A stretch of 63,428 nucleotides of DNA, counting the filler, from Reclinomonas americana ATCC 50394 (taxonomy: Eukaryota), in assembly GCA_048213135.1 (NCBI GenBank). It is 11 parts of 11 records of this genome, joined end to end, with 100 filler letters (N's around TTAATTAATTAA, not from the genome) between each part and the next. Parts side by side here need not be neighbours in the genome. Positions count along the whole stretch, not along the records: positions 58,245 to 62,030 come from AFZH01019789.1; positions 62,131 to 63,428 come from AFZH01019815.1; 9 more parts are not named here. One strand, given 5' to 3'. The notes beneath the pieces are model-generated. The model did no database searches. It had not been told where the DNA came from and saw only the letters and a program-made list of their open reading frames with translations. Of this stretch, positions 58,245 through 63,428 are shown in pieces; positions within the stretch are counted from its first letter, which is position 1, and every line of letters begins with the position of its first letter. The translations under genes were made by a program, and so were the position numbers.

Positions 58245-61200
58245 ATTCGCCGACAGCCCGATATTCGTCGGCGCCACATTGCCTACAACACACGGCAGAG
58301 TCAGCTGACTGCATCGTGATTCACAAACACAAGCTGCGGCACGCACTCTCGTTGAACGTCAGTGTCTTGCTCACGCTGCCGCCGTGTCCGTCGTCCGACG
58401 TGATCGTCACTTGCAGACCGTTGCCAGACAGGCCGCCACCACCCACATTCGCCACCAGTTGAGAGCCACTCACACTGAACTTGCCGCTGTCGGCACCGCC
58501 GCTGATCGTGTACGTCGGCGTCTGGCAGCAGTTGGCATCCACCGTCGACAGCGTGCAAATCACACTTCCCAGTGTGGCCGGCGGCACATATGTAGTCGAG
58601 CTGCAGTTGATGTTGGTCGGCGCAACGTTGGCTGCGCGACAGCGAGTCAGTTGGTTGTGTGTCCAACAGGCAGCAGCACGACTCCCTTTCTATTTCTCTC
58701 TTCCTCTCCCTTACCTTCATCAATCACAAAAGTCCGATCAAACGTCTGACTCGTGCTATCCGTCACTCGCACCGTCACCGTCAGGCTATTGCCTGTCTGG
58801 CCGGCGTTGCGCAGCACCAGATTGTTGCCGCCTGCAATGTTGAACAGCGCGGCATTGGCGCCGCCTTGCACACTGAACGTGAACGTGTCGCCCGCATTGG
58901 GATCCACGCCACTCAGCACACCCACGACTGTGTTCGCTGCCGCCGTCGGTGGCACGTACGTCACCGACGTGATCAAGATATTGGTGGGTGGTTGAGGCGC
59001 TGTGTGCGTGCGCATGCACGTAGAGTGTCAGGCAATGCAGAAGGCAACTCAGACAAAAGGGAGGACGCAACTGTCGGTGATGGTGAATGTTTTCTCGAAG
59101 AACAGCGCTCCGGTGCCGTCGTCTGTGGTTCGCACCCGCACCTGCAAGCCACCACCGACCTGTCCGTTGGCTGTGATGCGCAACTGATTGCCAGAGATGT
59201 TGAAGAGAGCGGCGTTGACGCCGCCGGTGATGGTGTAGGTGAACGACTGGCAGCAGTTGACATCGGTGGTGGACAGTGTGCCGATAAGAGTGTTGGCCAT
59301 TGTCGTTGGCGGGCTGTACGATGTCGCAGACAGTGACAAGTTGCTCGGAGCCACATTCGCTGCATCACGTCAGATAACGTGAGTCTACCCTCCACAGCAC
59401 GTTGACCCCAGTCGTGTGCATGGCACTCACCTTCGCTAATGGTGAATGATTTGGAGAACTGTCCGCCATTCTGGTCGTCAGTTTGAATCGTCACCGAGTA
59501 CGAGTTACCGGTAAGGCCGCTGACATTGCTCAGCAACTGATTGCCGGAGATGGCAAACTTGGCTTGATCCGCGCCACCGACAATCGTGTACACTGGTGAC
59601 TGGCAGCAATTGGCATCCGTCGTCGAGAGCGTGCCGATCACTCCATTGAGTGCGAGTGGCGGAGTGTACAGAGTGCTCGACAGCGAGATGTCAGTGGGGA
59701 CGACGTTGACTGCGTGCGTTGCGAAGGCCATGTGAGCGAAAGCGACTGGTTCGATGAGAGGAAGTGCAGCACACTTACCTTCGTTAATGGTCACGGTTTT
59801 GTTCACGAACAGCGACCCGGTGCCGTTGTCAGTCGAACGAATGATGACAACGAGTCCAGTCCCCGTCTGCCCGGCGGCGGTGATGCGCAGCTGATTGCCA
59901 GAGATGTTGAACAAGGCTGCCGATGCTCCACCTTGAATGCTGTACGTGAACGACTGGCAGCAGTTCGCGTCGACTGTGCTCAGCGTTGCCACGACAATGT
60001 TGGCCCCCGCAGTCGGTGGCACGTATGTCGAGCTCGACAGCACAACGTCCGTCGGCGCCAGATTTGCTGCGTCGCGCACACACAAAGTCAGTGAGAGCAT
60101 ACAAGCCCCGCTGCACACACCATCAAGACGCACCCTCGTCGATCGTGAACGACTTGTCCACAAAGAGTCCACCGGCACCACTGTCGGTCGACCGCACCGT
60201 GACGACCAGCCCGTTGCCGGACTGACCTACGTTGGTGATGCGCAGACTGCTCCCTGAGATGTTGAACAGAGCAGCGTTCGCGCCCCCCACGATGGAGTAC
60301 GTGAACGTCTGACAGCAGTTGCCGTCGGTGGTAGACAGAGTTCCCACGACGCTGTTGGCGGCGGCCGGCACCGAGTACAATGTGCTCGACAGTGCAATGT
60401 TGGTCGGCGCAAGATTGACTGCGGTGTTGGGACGGGGATGAACATAGCTGCAGAGCACAATAACACACTCTGGCGAAGATACCTTCGCTGATCGTCAGCG
60501 TCTTGCTAAACGTGCCGCCGTTCTGATCGTCGGTGGTGATCTGCACTTGCAAGCCGTCACCTGTCAGCCCCGCAATGTTCGAACGCAGCTGCGCGCCAGA
60601 CAAGTTGAACTTGGCAGCGTCAGCGCCACCACTGATTGTGTACACAAATGTCTGGCAGCAGTTGCCGTCGGTGGTGGTCAGCGAGCCAATTACTCCATTG
60701 AGAGCAAGTGGTGGCGTATACACGGCCGACGACAGCACAATGTCGGTCGGCGCGAGATTCGCTGTTTTTTTCAGTGAGGAATGAGCGCAAGGCAGAGTGT
60801 ACAAGGTGACAGCAATGCGTCTCACCTTCGTTAATTGTAAACGTCACGCTGACAAACAGAGAACCGCTGCCGCTGTCCGTTGAACGGATCGTCACCTGCA
60901 GTCCAGTTCCGGTCTGGCCGCTGCTTGTAAACCGCAGCTGCGAGCCCGAGATGTTGAACAGGGCTGCATTTGCTCCGCCGACAATCGTGTAGGTGTACGT
61001 CTGACAGCAATTAGCATCGGTAGTCGACAGTGTGCCAATCACTGCATTGGCGCCAATCGACGGCGGTGAGTACGAAGTGCTTGACAGCGAGATGTTAGTC
61101 GGCGCCAAGTTGGCTGCAGTCGGATGTAGGCGTGAGAAAAGGAATACTGGAGTTATGAGGGATTGCACGCTCTATAAGCTGCCGCGCAACTCTCGCTGAC

Positions 61201-62030
61201 TGTAAACGTCACGTCGACAAACAAGGAGCCTGTGCCACTGTCGGTCGACCGCACAATCACCACGTATCCGTTGCCAGTGAGACCCGCGCTGGTGATGCGC
61301 AGTTGCGCGCCCGAGATGTTGAACAGGGCAGCATTGGCGCCACCCACAATCGTGTACGTGAATGTCTGAGCAGAATTCGCATCGGTGGTCGACAACGTGC
61401 CGACCACCACGTTCGCCGTCGATGGTGGGGTGTACGTGGTGGCCGACAGCGCAATGTTGGTCGGTGCCACATTGACTGCAACCGCTGGTCAGACATAGAC
61501 GAGTATGTGCGACACAGAAAACACACGATAGACACAACTCTCGTTGATGGTGAACGACTTGTCGAAGAAAAGCGAGCCTGTGCCACTGTCGGTAGACCGC
61601 ACGGTCACCACGAGGCCAGTGCCGTTTTGTCCTGCTGTTGTGATGCGCAGTTGGCTGCCCGAGATGTTGAACATGGCTGCATTGGCACCACCCACAATCG
61701 TGTATGTGAAGGTCTGCGCCGAATTCGCATCGGTGGTCGATAGTGTGCCAATGACCATGTTCGCGGTGGTCGGCGGAGTATACGTGGTGGCCGACAACGC
61801 GATATCGGTCGGCGCCACGTTATCTACGACATTGCGCAATCAGCCAAGCATGGCACAGAAGCACCATCGCTCACAGCCACGCGGCCCGCAACTCTCATTG
61901 ATGGTGAACGACTTGTCGAAGAAGAGCGAGCCCGTGCCACTGTCGGTAGACCGCACGGTCACCACCAAGCCAGTGCCGTTTGTCCCTGCCTGTTGTGACT
62001 TGGCGCAGTTGGCGTCGCCCGAGATTGTTA
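58245..62030 (-). CDS. Giant cadherin-like repeat protein, internal fragment; at least 11 domains, one per exon
   Basis: ~90-95-aa exons NxAPT(D/N)IxLSxTxYxPP..GTLSTTDAN(CC/SA)QTFTYTIVGGANAALFNISGxQLRIT..VRSTDSGxGxLFxDKxFTIxE separated by phase-1 GT-AG introns. Confidence 0.9.
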
Positions 62031-62130
62031 NNNNNNNNNNNNNNNNNNNNNNNNNNNNNNNNNNNNNNNNNNNNTTAATTAATTAANNNNNNNNNNNNNN
62101 NNNNNNNNNNNNNNNNNNNNNNNNNNNNNN

Positions 62131-63232
<1,102 letters not shown>

Positions 63233-63428
63233 CCTGGGTGGAGAGGGTGGAAGGGGAGGGTGAGGGGGAGAGGGAGAGGGCGAGAGGGAGAGGAAGAGGA
63301 AGAGGAAGAAGAAGAAGAAGAGGAAGAGGAAGAGGGAGAGGAGAGGGAGAGGGAGAGGGAGAGGGAGAGGGAGAGGGAGAGGGAGAGGGAGAGGAGAGGA
63401 GAGGAGAGGAGAGGAGAGGAGAGAGGGA

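Overview
Eukaryotic nuclear DNA from an intron-rich, microsatellite-rich protist that I cannot identify from sequence alone. It consists of 11 contigs joined by artificial 100-nt spacers (44 N + TTAATTAATTAA + 44 N). Genes are broken by many ~60-80 nt GT-AG introns, so the ORF track is mostly misleading, and I rebuilt gene models by hand. Recognisable genes: Ariadne RBR ligase; a 69-aa micro-protein carrying only the PDCD4-type N-terminal motif; a secreted FN3/NHL/cadherin-like/PAN protein; calmodulin-like protein; Ku80; a PB1+EF-hand protein; an ankyrin protein; bacterial-type D-serine dehydratase (DsdA) with a putative mitochondrial presequence; DNAJC21/Jjj1; a HET-E-like WD40 protein plus a pseudogene copy; a paracaspase-like C14 peptidase; a glycine-zipper protein; a DUF296 protein; a YeeE/YedE fusion; a second WD40 gene; and a giant cadherin-like repeat adhesin. 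The most striking signal is a second major class of 5' splice site, GTTGCG(T), which is the common GTGCGT donor with one extra T. I counted 27 inferred cases, and 25 of them follow an exon that does not end in G. This suggests shifted or bulged U1 pairing used as a routine splicing mode.
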